A stretch of 64,000 nt of DNA. It comes from Longimicrobiales bacterium. GTDB lineage: Bacteria > Gemmatimonadota > Gemmatimonadetes > Longimicrobiales > Gaopeijiaceae. The DNA is taken from NCBI GenBank assembly GCA_963664435.2, contig CAXXKM010000002.1, positions 832,001 through 896,000 on the forward strand, in the 5' to 3' direction. Below the pieces are notes generated by a model that was not told the origin of the DNA, did no database searches, and saw only the letters and a program-made list of their open reading frames with translations. A program made the translations under genes and the position numbers. Each line of letters opens with the position of its first letter. Positions within the stretch are counted from its first letter, which is position 1. This document shows, piece after piece, positions 1 to 9,244 of this stretch.

Positions 1-107
1 CACTCAATCTGGAAGAGGCCGGTTTTCGGATCCGGAAAGACCCGGACCCGGTTCCGGCCCCACTCGCCGGCGCCGTAGCTCCGGCGGTTTCGTTTCGTGC
101 GTGCCAT
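1..107 (-). CDS. Tyrosine integrase of element A, N-terminus only (continues off the window)
   Basis: Nearly identical at DNA level to 24417-24523; reads MARTKRNRRSYGAGEWGRNRVRVFPDPKTGLFQIE. Confidence 0.9.
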   Translation of the reverse strand, partial: MARTKRNRRSYGAGEWGRNRVRVFPDPKTGLFQIE

Positions 108-127
108 CGTTCGATACCTCCGATTCG

Positions 128-268
128 GCAGACTGAGAATGGCACGAATCACGGCGAGGAATCGTCTAACTACTTACAGGGCTGCACGATCTGCGCTTTC
201 TGCCCTTGAAACGTGTCTCCTCCCGTCGTCCAGAAACGGCGGGTAAATCGCCTCGATTTGCGGGAATC
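128..268 (+). repeat. Distal end of element B (ATCACGGC motif, 15-bp box, GCGGGAATC arm-type sites)
   Basis: Aligns by eye with 62081-62222 and with the reverse complements of 10986-11126, 39097-39238 and about 45160-45300. Confidence 0.85.
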
Positions 269-404
269 GCATTCCGCCTCCGGCAGTGGCTGGGCGCAGG
301 TTCGCGAAGCCGACTGCCGCGGTCAATCGTCATCTACTTCGCCCTCTGGACTGGACGTGATCGTCCGGTCTTCCTCTGTCCTTCAACCCCTTCGGATCGT
401 GGAT

Positions 405-1150
405 TCAAGGAGATTCGGCTAGCGTGATCGCGTTTTGCATCGCCCACCCGCAGACCGTCCCCGTGAGCCGGGGGACCGGAGCAACGCCGCCGGCCGCATC
501 ATCGAGCGATATCCGGCTCTCCAGCTTGTTGGCCAAGTCGCATCGTCCTCCGCGGTCGTCCAATGACCACGTCAACGTACCGGAGACATCCGCCTCGATC
601 AGAATGCCCGCGTCGTAGGAAAGGGTGATCCGGATCGTTTGCGCCAAGCGGTCGCTGTCCATGAGGAAGGACACGTCGTCGTCGCTGAATACGCAGTCCC
701 TCGCGGTCAGCGTGCCCTCCAACTCGGCGGACAGCGTACCCTCCGCCAGCGTCAGCATCGCATCCCCCGTGAAGGAGGCTCGGCTGCCATGCGCGCAGGG
801 AATCTCGGCTCTCGCTGGTGACCGCCCCTTGGAAACCTTGAAGCTCGTATAGGGGCCAAGATGAAGGATCTCGCCGTGAGCCAGCAGGCGCCCGCCGTAC
901 AGCCCCCGCACCAAGCTTCCAGCGCCGCCGAAGCCTTGGCCGCCGTGATGACATACGCGGCCGTGCCGTCCGCGACCAGCACGCCGTCCCCGTGAACTGA
1001 AGCAAACGGGCTTCGCCGGTCGTGCCCCGCAGGATACCGGCCCGCACGTCCCAGGTTAGTCCCTCGTAGGACGCGAACCGCTCCGCGTCCGCCGCGCGCA
1101 CCAGTAGACTGGCGGAAGGCGATGTGACCGGAGGTGAAGGCGACGGCCAC
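405..1150 (-). pseudogene. Degraded hypothetical gene, coding-like segments in several frames
   Basis: ORFs 405-914, 752-1150 and 499-1242 each contain protein-like stretches; no family recognised. Confidence 0.3.
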
Positions 1151-1336
1151 TTCACCGGCCTCGTTAGGGTCCAGTGACGTTCGGAGACGTTCGGCTGGGT
1201 CGGAGACCCGTCAGGTCGCTCCGCCGGTGGCCTGGCGAACACCCCCGTTGCTGATCACACGGGGCTTCCTCATCTCAGGATGGCGCGACGAGATTCGGCG
1301 CACATTCTGCTTTCTGAAGGCAGGCTGACACTGCCG

Positions 1337-1364
1337 TTGACAGAGACACGGTTCCTTGTATACT
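1337..1364 (+). promoter_or_regulatory. Sigma70-type promoter
   Basis: TTGACA (1337-1342), 16-bp spacer, TATACT (1359-1364); RBS AAAGGAG follows at 1411-1417. Confidence 0.65.
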
Positions 1365-1423
1365 CCGACCGCTCGGGGAGAAAAACTCCCTGAGAGAACC
1401 TTCACAACCCAAAGGAGTTGCAC

Positions 1424-1636
1424 ATGTCTCAGGCCACATTCTCGTGGCGCGCCCGCCTGACCGCCATCGTTGCCGTCTTGGCGGTCTGCGTACTTCCGCT
1501 CGCGGCCCAAGAGATCGATGATTGCTTCCAAGATTGCCACGATCTGGGCATGCTCGCGTACGGCGACGATCAGGACTTGGACAAGGGTTCTGCGGTCTTC
1601 GAGGAGTGCATGGAGACCTTCTGCGGCGGCATGTAG
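1424..1636 (+). CDS. Small secreted four-cysteine acidic peptide
   Basis: Strong RBS; signal peptide ending PLAA-Q; mature part CFQDC...CMETFC. Confidence 0.75.
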   Translation: MSQATFSWRARLTAIVAVLAVCVLPLAAQEIDDCFQDCHDLGMLAYGDDQDLDKGSAVFEECMETFCGGM

Positions 1637-1647
1637 CCGCGCCCGCC

Positions 1648-2742
1648 GTGAGAACCTACAGATTGGCGGCGGTCGCTTTGGCGATCGCCGCCGCTGGCTG
1701 TTTGCGGGACCAGCCAGCGCCCTCCGAGGAGAGACTAGTCCCGGTTGCCTCCGCGCCTGTCCCGCTGAGTCGGGATAACGGTGTTGCCTTGACGTCGGCG
1801 CGGGAGGCGTGCGTGATCGACTCGTACAATTTCCGCGTTGTGTGCGTCACCCCTGACGAGCGCATCGGTGAGTTCGGAGGGAAGGGCGATGGCCCCGGCG
1901 AGTTCACTCGACCGGTTTGGCTCGGGAGAGTCGCGCTGGACCGCGTGGGCGTCGTTGACACTCGGCAGAATCGGCTAACGGTGTTCAAGACCGATGGCGA
2001 ATTGGTGTCGGACCTGTCGTTGCCTTCGTTGTTCTGGCCCCGGTCAGCCGGGCCGACCAGTCTTTTCGGCGAGGGCCTGCTCGGAGTGACTCCGGGAACC
2101 CAACCGGAAGAGGGAACGAGGCCGAGCGCTGAAACCGTGCTCGTAGAGGTGTCGCTTCAATCCGGCGAGGTACTTTGGCACCGGCGCGGTCTGGAAGAAA
2201 TCGCTACGACCGAATGCGGTAAGTTGGGGTCGGGGATACCAACGCCTAGCGGCGGCTACGTACTCAAGGCGTGCAAGCGGGAACTGGTGTTTCTGGAGGA
2301 TCGAGACGGCATGGCCGCCGCCGTGATTCAATCGCCGAATTACATGGTCGAGTTTCCAAACGAGCGCGACGTGGAGGCCTACCTTGAGGACATGGCCAGC
2401 ATGTTTGGCGGGTCCGCACCGGCATCGGCCATGGAGCCGCACGCAGCCGGATACCGAGAGGAGCCCAAGGCTTGGTTCCTGTTGGATGGACTGATCTTCG
2501 ACGACTTGGGCCGTTTATGGGTCGCCACGCATCGGGACCGCGACGCTTTTTCCTACTTCGACCTCTGGGTAGGCGTCGAGTATGCAGGGACGGTCCAGAT
2601 ACGTGACCGGCTGATCGGCTATGACATCCTGGGTTCGACCCTCGTCGCCTTGGTCGAGCGAACACCGGATCGAAACGGGATTGCTCAGCGGGCGATCGAC
2701 TGGTACGACATCGGCGCGGTCGAGGCCGGTCGTGAAGAGTAG
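1648..2742 (+). CDS. Lipoprotein, 6-bladed beta-propeller (NHL-like)
   Basis: Lipobox AAGC; FGGKGDGPGEF motif; FDDLGRLWV; GTG start at 1648 inferred. Confidence 0.8.
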   Translation: MRTYRLAAVALAIAAAGCLRDQPAPSEERLVPVASAPVPLSRDNGVALTSAREACVIDSYNFRVVCVTPDERIGEFGGKGDGPGEFTRPVWLGRVALDRVGVVDTRQNRLTVFKTDGELVSDLSLPSLFWPRSAGPTSLFGEGLLGVTPGTQPEEGTRPSAETVLVEVSLQSGEVLWHRRGLEEIATTECGKLGSGIPTPSGGYVLKACKRELVFLEDRDGMAAAVIQSPNYMVEFPNERDVEAYLEDMASMFGGSAPASAMEPHAAGYREEPKAWFLLDGLIFDDLGRLWVATHRDRDAFSYFDLWVGVEYAGTVQIRDRLIGYDILGSTLVALVERTPDRNGIAQRAIDWYDIGAVEAGREE

Positions 2743-2919
2743 GGTTCTTCACAAGCCGATGCCGATTCTCGTCCGGGGATCTTGAATTCGGCCAGTTTAT
2801 CCGCAACGCACAACACCCCACTCCAGCCCCGCAACCCTGAGCCCGTGTTAGAGTCAGGAGCAGCTTATTGGCCTCGCTGGGCTCGGCGGTTGTGGCTCAC
2901 CCGGATTCGCGTTTCCGCC

Positions 2920-3015
2920 GTGGTTCAAGCCGTGCTCTTCGACTCGATCATCGTGGTCACCGACCGCAAGATCCTGGACCGGCAGATCCGGAACACGATC
3001 AAGTAGTACGCGCAG
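2920..3015 (+). pseudogene. Fragment of a type I restriction enzyme R subunit
   Basis: FDSIIVVTDRKILDRQIRNTIK resembles the HsdR motif Ia region; followed by a stop codon. Confidence 0.5.
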
Positions 3016-3767
3016 GCCGATACCTTGCGGGGGTGTTTTTCCGCCCCGTTGGCGACGACCGCCGTCGGCTACTCGACGTTATTGGACCTCCTCATACGTT
3101 ATCGACCAATAGGAGATTCCGGGCGGGTTGACTTGCTGGCGGGTGGCTACTCAGCGTTCACGGCATGGAGACGCGGAAGCACCGATTCAGCACGAGGGTA
3201 GGCACTTCCCTCGGGGACCCCGACGCGCCGTCCCCGACGGCCTCGGTGATGAAGTCCCCGAACGTCTCGAACCTCTGGATGGACGGTAAGCGGGACGGAC
3301 ATCAAGGCGCGATTGGCGGCGCGTGGCTGGACCCCGATGCTGCAACGCGTTGCCTCGGCGCGACGTGGGAAATGGCCTATTCCCCACCCACTTGCACGAC
3401 TTGCCGACTCCATGTTCGCCTTCATGCCATGGAGATTGAGAGGAGGCGGTTCGCGGCGGTCGAGGGGAGGGTTCGGGCCGGATGTCATCCCCACGACGGA
3501 CTTTCGCGCCGTCACGGCGCGGACGCCCGAGCCTGGCTGGCGGTCACTCGCCCGCGGGGACGCGAGAAGGCGCTGAAGCCCTTTGGCTGGCTGGATCGCC
3601 GGGACAGCACTGCCCGGCATCCGGGGAGCGCCCGAGTCTTGCGGCATCCATGCCCGGAACCCTTGCCCGGCGCGGGCGCGGTGAGCCCGTGGAGGACGCC
3701 GACGCGGCGGGTTGAACCGGACCGTTCACGGGCGCGGCCCACGGGCTCGTTGGACGCTGCTATTTCA

Positions 3768-3840
3768 GACAAGCCAGCATACTCCTTGGGGCCACACTTC
3801 GCGTGTCCCCAGGAGAGGCTGGCGGGGGGCCTTGCCCCCT
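3768..3840 (-). other. oriT of element B (ColE1-like nic motif GCTGGCTT next to a hairpin)
   Basis: AAGCCAGC at 3771-3778 followed by the hairpin CTCCTTGGGG...CCCCAGGAG, just upstream of mobC. Confidence 0.6.
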
Positions 3841-3868
3841 GTGACCCCCGGACGGGCAACGGCGCGCC

Positions 3869-4207
3869 ATGAGCGCCCGACGCGCCGTTTGGGTGAAGGT
3901 TCGCGCCAGCGAGGCGGAGCGTGCCGAGTGGCACGCCAAGGCGCGTGCCGCGGGCCTCACGCTGTCGGATCTGGTGCGCCGGTCGGTGAGCCGGACGCGC
4001 ACATGGACCGTGGCGCACGCCGAGGTCGAGCGCGAGCGCGTCCAGCAAGTGGCGCGGATCGGGAACAACCTCAACCAGATCGCCCGCTGGGCGAACACCC
4101 ACCGGGGTGCCATCGAGGCGGTCGAGGTGATCGGCCACCTCGTCGCCATCAGGCGGGCGCTCGCGGCACTGTCCCCCGCCGAAGGTCCGGAGTCGGATGC
4201 TGATTAA
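3869..4207 (+). CDS. mobC: MobC/MbeC relaxosome accessory protein
   Basis: RHH-like N-terminus; ARIGNNLNQIAR motif; overlaps the relaxase start. Confidence 0.9.
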   Translation: MSARRAVWVKVRASEAERAEWHAKARAAGLTLSDLVRRSVSRTRTWTVAHAEVERERVQQVARIGNNLNQIARWANTHRGAIEAVEVIGHLVAIRRALAALSPAEGPESDAD

Positions 4208-5798
4208 GTTCCTGGCGCACGGGACCGGATCGGCCGGCAAGGCGGCTGGCTACCTCCTCGGCGAGCTGGACGCCGCCGGGAAGCCGCGCGAGGGCGTCGA
4301 GGTCCTTCGGGGCGATCCGAACCAGGTGGCCGCCGTAGCCGACACGCTGGCGTTCGAGCACAGGTACACCTCCGGCGTGATCGCATGGGCGCCGGAGGAC
4401 GAACCGGCCGACGCCGAGATCGAGGCGGTCGTGGACGCCTTCGAGGACACGGCCTGGGCGGGACTGGAGCGCGACCGGTACGCCTGGACCGCCGTGCTGC
4501 ACCGCGAGCGCGGCGGCGGCGCGCACGTCCACGTCCTCGCCGCGCGGTGCGACCTGGAGACCGGCCGGAGCCTCAACATCGCCCGTCCGGGCTGGGAGAA
4601 GACCTTCGGCCCGCTCCGGGACGCCTTCAATTCCGAACACGGCTGGGCTCGCCCGGACGATCCCGCACGGGCCAGGGTGCAGCAACCCGGCCACCGCGCC
4701 TACATCGAAGCGACCCGACTGCGGGCCGGACTACGGCTCGAATCCTCCCCCCGCGACCTGATCCGGGACTACCTGCTCCAGCGCGTCGAGCACGGCACGG
4801 CGCGGAACCGGGCCGATATCGTCGCCGCCCTTCGGGAGGCGGGGCTCGAAGTGCCGCGCCAAGGCAAGGACTACCTCACCGCGCTGGACCCCGAGACCGG
4901 CGACCGGTGGCGGCTGAAAGGAGAACTGTATGGAGAGAACTTCGACCGCGAACGATTTGACCGAGCGGCTGCGGAGGAGGCTGGAGAGCGAGAGACGGGA
5001 GATCGAGGAGTTGACCGCGAGCGAGCTCGAAAGGCTCGGCGAGAACTCGCGGCGCGCCGCGAGGAACGCGCTGCGTTCCATCGAGCGCGATACGGAGGAG
5101 GCGGCCGGGAGGATGCGCCAGCTGCTGGTCAAGGCGTGGCAACGGCCCCTGATCGTAGGCCTGAGCCTTTGGATCGGTTTCTTCGGCGGAAGCTGGGCGA
5201 CGATGCAGTGGTTGTCGAGGAGCATCCAGGACCGGATCGAGACCCGCGCCGAACTGGGCCGGGCCATCGAGGACGCCCGGCGGACACTGGCCCAGCTGGA
5301 GGAGGACACCTGGGGGCTCGTGTTCCGCGAGATCAAGGGCGAGCGGTTCGTGGTGGTGCCGGACGAGGTGCTGGCCGATCCGCCCTGGTGGAAGGTGGAC
5401 GGACACCTTCCGGCGTTGAAGCTGTTGAGAGAGTGAGGGAGCTGTATGAGCGAGTTGGAACGGCAGTTGACGGAGGCCTTGAAGAGGCTCTCCGCGCAGT
5501 ACGCGACGGAGCAGCGGCGGCACTCCGGGCAGGTCGAAGGCTTGAGGCAGCACGTCGAAGCCTTGCGGCAGCGCGTCGAGCGGCAAAGCGAGGAGAACGA
5601 CGCCTTGCGGCAGCACGTCGAGCGGCAGAGCGGGGAGAGCGAAGCCTTGCGGAGGCGAATCGAGTGGCTGAACGAGGACGTTACACGCTTAACCGAGTCG
5701 TACGGCGCGCTCGCCGCAACCTTACGATGATGGTCACGGCGATGCGCCTGCGCGGGCTGGGGCGCGATCGCGATCGCGATTACGGTCCGAGCCGCTGA
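4197..5798 (+). CDS. mbeA: Relaxase, ColE1 MbeA-like
   Basis: MLIKFLAHGTGSAGKAAGYLLGE, EVLRGDP, YTSGVIAW, HRERGGGAHVHVL, DLETGRSLN. Confidence 0.85.
   Translation: MLIKFLAHGTGSAGKAAGYLLGELDAAGKPREGVEVLRGDPNQVAAVADTLAFEHRYTSGVIAWAPEDEPADAEIEAVVDAFEDTAWAGLERDRYAWTAVLHRERGGGAHVHVLAARCDLETGRSLNIARPGWEKTFGPLRDAFNSEHGWARPDDPARARVQQPGHRAYIEATRLRAGLRLESSPRDLIRDYLLQRVEHGTARNRADIVAALREAGLEVPRQGKDYLTALDPETGDRWRLKGELYGENFDRERFDRAAAEEAGERETGDRGVDRERARKARRELAARREERAAFHRARYGGGGREDAPAAGQGVATAPDRRPEPLDRFLRRKLGDDAVVVEEHPGPDRDPRRTGPGHRGRPADTGPAGGGHLGARVPRDQGRAVRGGAGRGAGRSALVEGGRTPSGVEAVERVRELYERVGTAVDGGLEEALRAVRDGAAAALRAGRRLEAARRSLAAARRAAKRGERRLAAARRAAERGERSLAEANRVAERGRYTLNRVVRRARRNLTMMVTAMRLRGLGRDRDRDYGPSR
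4930..5436 (+). CDS. MbeB-like protein, overprinted within the relaxase gene
   Basis: Alternative frame inside mbeA; coiled coil plus a TM segment; conserved in the second copy (12904-13407). Confidence 0.75.
   Translation: MERTSTANDLTERLRRRLESERREIEELTASELERLGENSRRAARNALRSIERDTEEAAGRMRQLLVKAWQRPLIVGLSLWIGFFGGSWATMQWLSRSIQDRIETRAELGRAIEDARRTLAQLEEDTWGLVFREIKGERFVVVPDEVLADPPWWKVDGHLPALKLLRE
5446..5730 (+). CDS. MbeD/MobD-like protein, overprinted within the relaxase gene
   Basis: MSELERQLTEALKRLSAQY resembles the MbeD N-terminus; RBS GAGGGAG; internal ALRQHVERQS repeats. Confidence 0.75.
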   Translation: MSELERQLTEALKRLSAQYATEQRRHSGQVEGLRQHVEALRQRVERQSEENDALRQHVERQSGESEALRRRIEWLNEDVTRLTESYGALAATLR

Positions 5799-5881
5799 TG
5801 AGCGGGAAATCTGGCGCGGACGGCCTCCCGCAGCGAGCTTTGAGGCGCGCAGATCGTGCGGTCCATCGCGAGAGGAATCGA

Positions 5882-7099
5882 ATGATGGCACGCACGAAGC
5901 GGGACCGGCGCAGCTACAGCGCCGGCGAGTGGGGCCGGAACCGGGTGAGGGTGTTCGCCGATCCCAAGACCGGTCTCTACCAGATAGAGTGGCGAGAGAA
6001 CGGGCGAAGGCTCACCCGGTCCCTGAAACACCGGGACTGGTCGAGGGCCAAGCGTCAGGCGGACGAAGCCGCCGCAGGCCTCGCGATGTACGAGCTCAAC
6101 GGCAAAGCCGAAGCCGAATCCGAGCCGCTCACCCTGGAAGGGCTTTTTGAAATCTACGGTGAGGAGGTGGTCCCGACGAAGCACCGGCGGACCCAGCACC
6201 AGAACAGGGCCACGATGCGGATGTTTCTGGACTTCCTCGGCCGCGACCGAAGACCCGAGACGCTTTCCCGGCGCGACTGGGACCGGTTCATCCGGGAGCG
6301 GCGGGCAGGCAGGGTCGGACCCAGCGGCAGGCCCGCAGCCGACCGTACCATCGTGTGCGACCTGAAAGTCCTGCTCGCGATCCTAAACTGGGCCGCCAAG
6401 TCGAGAGATGAGCGGGGTCGGTTGCTGCTCGACTCCAACCCGCTGAGGGGACTCAGGGTGCCGAAGGTGAAGAACACCACCCGGGTCGTGCTCTCCGACG
6501 AGGAATACGAGGCGCTTCTGAGGGTCTCCGGACAGGTGGGTTGGCGCTTCCGTGTCGCCCTCGTGCTCGCGCACGAAACCGGGCACCGGATCGGAGCCAT
6601 CCGGAAGCTGAGGTGGACGGATATCGACCTCGAAGGCGGAGTCATCCGGTGGAGAGCCGAGCACGAGAAGACCGGATATGAGCACCGAACGCCCGTGACC
6701 GACGAGGCGACCTCCGCCTTGGAGGAGGCGCAGAGGCACGCTAGCGGGACCGGAGACGCCCCGGTTCTGCCCGCGCCGCGGGATCCGTCGACGTGCGTGA
6801 GCCGTACGCTGGTGGGCACTTGGTGGAAGACCGCCGAGAGGCGGGCGGGGTTGGAGCCCAAGCGCGGGAGAGGCTGGCACTCGCTCAGGCGGAAGTTCGC
6901 TTCAGACCTCATCGGGCTGCCCCTCAAGGTGCTTTGCGATCTCGGTGGCTGGAGGGAAGCCAAGACCGTCCTGCGCTGCTATCAGCACACCGACGACGTA
7001 CAACTCAGGACGGCTCTGGACAGCCGTCCCCGCAACGGTCGGCACCCGATCCAATCGGCGGGAACCGAACAGCGGGAATCGGATCACCGAATCCCGTAA
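5882..7099 (+). CDS. Tyrosine integrase of element B
   Basis: ETGHRIGAI (R), HSLRR, LGGW, LRCY (Y); RBS GAGG upstream of the ATG at 5882/5885. Confidence 0.92.
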   Translation: MMARTKRDRRSYSAGEWGRNRVRVFADPKTGLYQIEWRENGRRLTRSLKHRDWSRAKRQADEAAAGLAMYELNGKAEAESEPLTLEGLFEIYGEEVVPTKHRRTQHQNRATMRMFLDFLGRDRRPETLSRRDWDRFIRERRAGRVGPSGRPAADRTIVCDLKVLLAILNWAAKSRDERGRLLLDSNPLRGLRVPKVKNTTRVVLSDEEYEALLRVSGQVGWRFRVALVLAHETGHRIGAIRKLRWTDIDLEGGVIRWRAEHEKTGYEHRTPVTDEATSALEEAQRHASGTGDAPVLPAPRDPSTCVSRTLVGTWWKTAERRAGLEPKRGRGWHSLRRKFASDLIGLPLKVLCDLGGWREAKTVLRCYQHTDDVQLRTALDSRPRNGRHPIQSAGTEQRESDHRIP

Positions 7100-7140
7100 G
7101 TGACGCGCCCGCAACAGAATCGGCAATCAAGGATTTCTGT
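7051..7140 (+). repeat. Integrase-proximal end of element B
   Basis: CCAATCGGCGGGA...CAGCGGGAATC...CCGAATCCCGTAAG, then 40 bp to the core; same layout in reverse at 23267-23356. Confidence 0.85.
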
Positions 7141-7147
7141 CGATTCG

Positions 7148-7430
7148 ATGGACTGCACGATCTGCGCGTTTGAAACCTCGCGCAGGGCACGCCCGTCGTC
7201 CAGAGTTGCGGCCCGGTCGGCTCTGGCGCGGGCGCGCCACGGGGGCGTTGGTTTCTGCGGTTTGTAGAGGAGCCAGATGGGTTAACGCTTCACGTTAACC
7301 TCTGGCCGGGGGAGCATCCCCCGGACCCCCGAACGACATTCCGCGCGCCACCCAAAGGAAAGGCCGCCCGTCATGGTCCGTCCCCGGAAGCCCGAGGCCG
7401 AGCGCAGGACTCGCACGATCGGTGTGCGCG
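7148..7430 (+). pseudogene. Element A integrase leader, oriT-like inverted repeat and truncated mobC (ATG 7373)
   Basis: Collinear copy of about 24544-24822; similarity ends after MVRPRKPEAERRTRTIGVR. Confidence 0.8.
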
Positions 7431-7800
7431 AGGAGCAGCCTCCATGCGCTTGAGATCTTGACCTCTGATCGGCCGGGGTCGGTGGCGTACCGCGCGTGCA
7501 CATCGACATCGGGGGGCATGTGCACGGAATCACCGCGTCCATGTGCGCGGGCAGGGGCTCCGCATATCGCTGCCCGCGTTGCGGTTGTACCACGGCCGCA
7601 CGAACGGCGGTGCCGTTCCAGAGTGTGCGGCCGTGGCGGGAGCGACCCCGCCCTTCGGGTGCCTGGTACGGCACGGCGACGGCCGGGATGTGCACTTCCA
7701 TCCCAACCTCGCCCGGGGTCGCTCCCGATCCATCAGTCCTTGGCAGGAAGGCTAGTCGGTCACCGGAGACGGTCGCGGCCCGAAGCCGAAGGCGACTGCG

Positions 7801-8000
7801 GTGGCCAACACCATCGGGCACGGCGACCACATCGAGATCCGGGGCTTCGGCACCTTCAAGGTGCGGCACCGCAAGGCCCGCACGGCCCGCAACCCGAGAA
7901 CCGGCGAACCGGTTCGGGTCCGGCCCGCGATGTGCCGGTCTTCAATCCGTCGAGGCACCTCCGCAGCCGGGTGGAGCGAGGCTCGGTCCATGTCGGCGAC
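7801..8000 (+). pseudogene. HU/IHF-family DNA-binding protein, 5'-truncated and frameshifted
   Basis: IEIRGFGTFKVRHRKARTARNPRTGE, with VPVFNPSRHLRSRV in another frame. Confidence 0.8.
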
Positions 8001-8147
8001 GAGTCCGGGACGAAGCAAGGCGGGTGTTGGGGAGTGGCAGTGGTCGAAGAGGCGGCGGCGAGCTAAGCTAGCTTAGCTTGATGGTGCCGGATGTGTGGAA
8101 AGCTGACCGTGCACTTGATCGTTCAATTTCGCTACGGGAGCGCTTCG

Positions 8148-8396
8148 ATGGCTGTAACACACTACGATGCGGGGAACGGACCCGTTTGCCAGTACAGGCA
8201 GAGCGCGAAGCAATGGAGCAAGGATGCCAGCAAGGTGAATTGCATCGACTGCCGCCGCCGATCGGGCTTCCCGCTCTTGGTTCATTGGATTTCGCCGCAG
8301 AGGAACATCGCTTGCGGCATGTGGTTCGTGAGGGAAGCGTTCGTGGACAGTGAGAAGCGCGCCGTCACCTGTCTTCGCTGCCGCAAGGCCATGTGA
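8148..8396 (+). CDS. Small protein with two H...C...CxxC zinc-finger-like repeats
   Basis: THYDAGNGPVC...VNCIDC and VHWISPQRNIAC...VTCLRC. Confidence 0.6.
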   Translation: MAVTHYDAGNGPVCQYRQSAKQWSKDASKVNCIDCRRRSGFPLLVHWISPQRNIACGMWFVREAFVDSEKRAVTCLRCRKAM

Positions 8397-8410
8397 AAGG
8401 AGAGCTCGAA

Positions 8411-8824
8411 ATGAGGAAGGGCAGGTTTGGACTCGGCGTCGCACTGGCGCTGGGGGTCGTGCCGTGGTTGGCGGGGTGCCAAGACGAAGAGGCGGCGGCA
8501 CGCCGCGGCTTCTTGCAGCAGTCCAGCGCGGCGCTCGCTCCATCTATCGATCCAGCGATCAGCGAAGCATTCTGGGACTGGCAATACTGTCGCATCATGG
8601 GTGAGCACTACTATGGGGATGCGATTCTCCAAGTGGCTGCTGATCCGGAATGGGCGGATCGGTACATGAGAGAGTTGCTCTCGAGGCAGATCCTGGAATC
8701 GGAGCTGGCTCTCTCGGGGCTTGTGGCTGAGGAGGCTCGACCTCATTGTCCTCTGAATGATGCTTTGGAAGCGAAGCTGGACTCGCTGCATGCTCTGATC
8801 GAAGCGAGACCTGATCAGCAGTAA
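8411..8824 (+). CDS. Hypothetical lipoprotein
   Basis: RBS AAGGAG; signal peptide with LAGC lipobox. Confidence 0.7.
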   Translation: MRKGRFGLGVALALGVVPWLAGCQDEEAAARRGFLQQSSAALAPSIDPAISEAFWDWQYCRIMGEHYYGDAILQVAADPEWADRYMRELLSRQILESELALSGLVAEEARPHCPLNDALEAKLDSLHALIEARPDQQ

Positions 8825-9160
8825 GCAACGTTGAACATCGCGGTCTGGCAAGGGGCGGCTCCGCCCCCCTTAGACCTCATGGGTTTCCGCGCCACTGTTC
8901 GGCGCGGTGGAGGGCGGGGGCCGCCTCCGGGAACCTCCGTCCGGTCCGCCCGGATCGCTGTCCGCCGACGGCCTGGCCGGACAAGAAGCGACCTTCCCCG
9001 ACCAGCGGGTCTCGCTCCGCCGGGTCGAGCGACTTGGGCCGGGCCGCTTGGTGGGCCCGTCGCGTTGCCGCCGGGACGACGCCGCGCGGCGGGCCGAAAC
9101 GCACTCGGGGCCGACCGCGGCCCGCGAACTCCGAGCGTCAGCGAGGGCGTTGTTTGGGGA

Positions 9161-9244
9161 TCGAAGGGGCAAGCCCCTCGCCAGCCCCAAGTGTATTACT
9201 TTGGGTAGGCTGGCTTAACCACCTTAGCGTGGCTAAGCCAGCCC
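9161..9244 (+). other. Orphan ColE1-like oriT
   Basis: CCCCTCGCCAGCCCC-hairpin-GGGTAGGCTGGCTTAAC matches the oriT at about 14568-14610; second inverted copy TAAGCCAGCC at 9234-9243. Confidence 0.65.

Larger units (their letters stand above)
121..7147 (+). mobile_element. IME B, 7,020-bp excisable unit flanked by direct repeat CGATTCG
   Basis: CGATTCG at 121-127 and 7141-7147; removing the element rebuilds the sequence seen intact at about 24531-24570; contains oriT, mbeCABD and an integrase. Confidence 0.9.

Noticed and set aside
5530..5660. Tandem repeats (GCCTTGCGGCAGCACGTCGAGCGGCA) as a possible CRISPR or regulatory array
   Set aside because: They are coding coiled-coil repeats in the MbeD-like gene, with no unique spacers and no cas genes.
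7101..7140. 6/7 matches to the reverse complement of the core inside the 40-bp spacer (AGAATCG in B, CTACACG in D), suggesting an internal guide
   Set aside because: They sit at different positions in the two elements, and such short matches are expected by chance.
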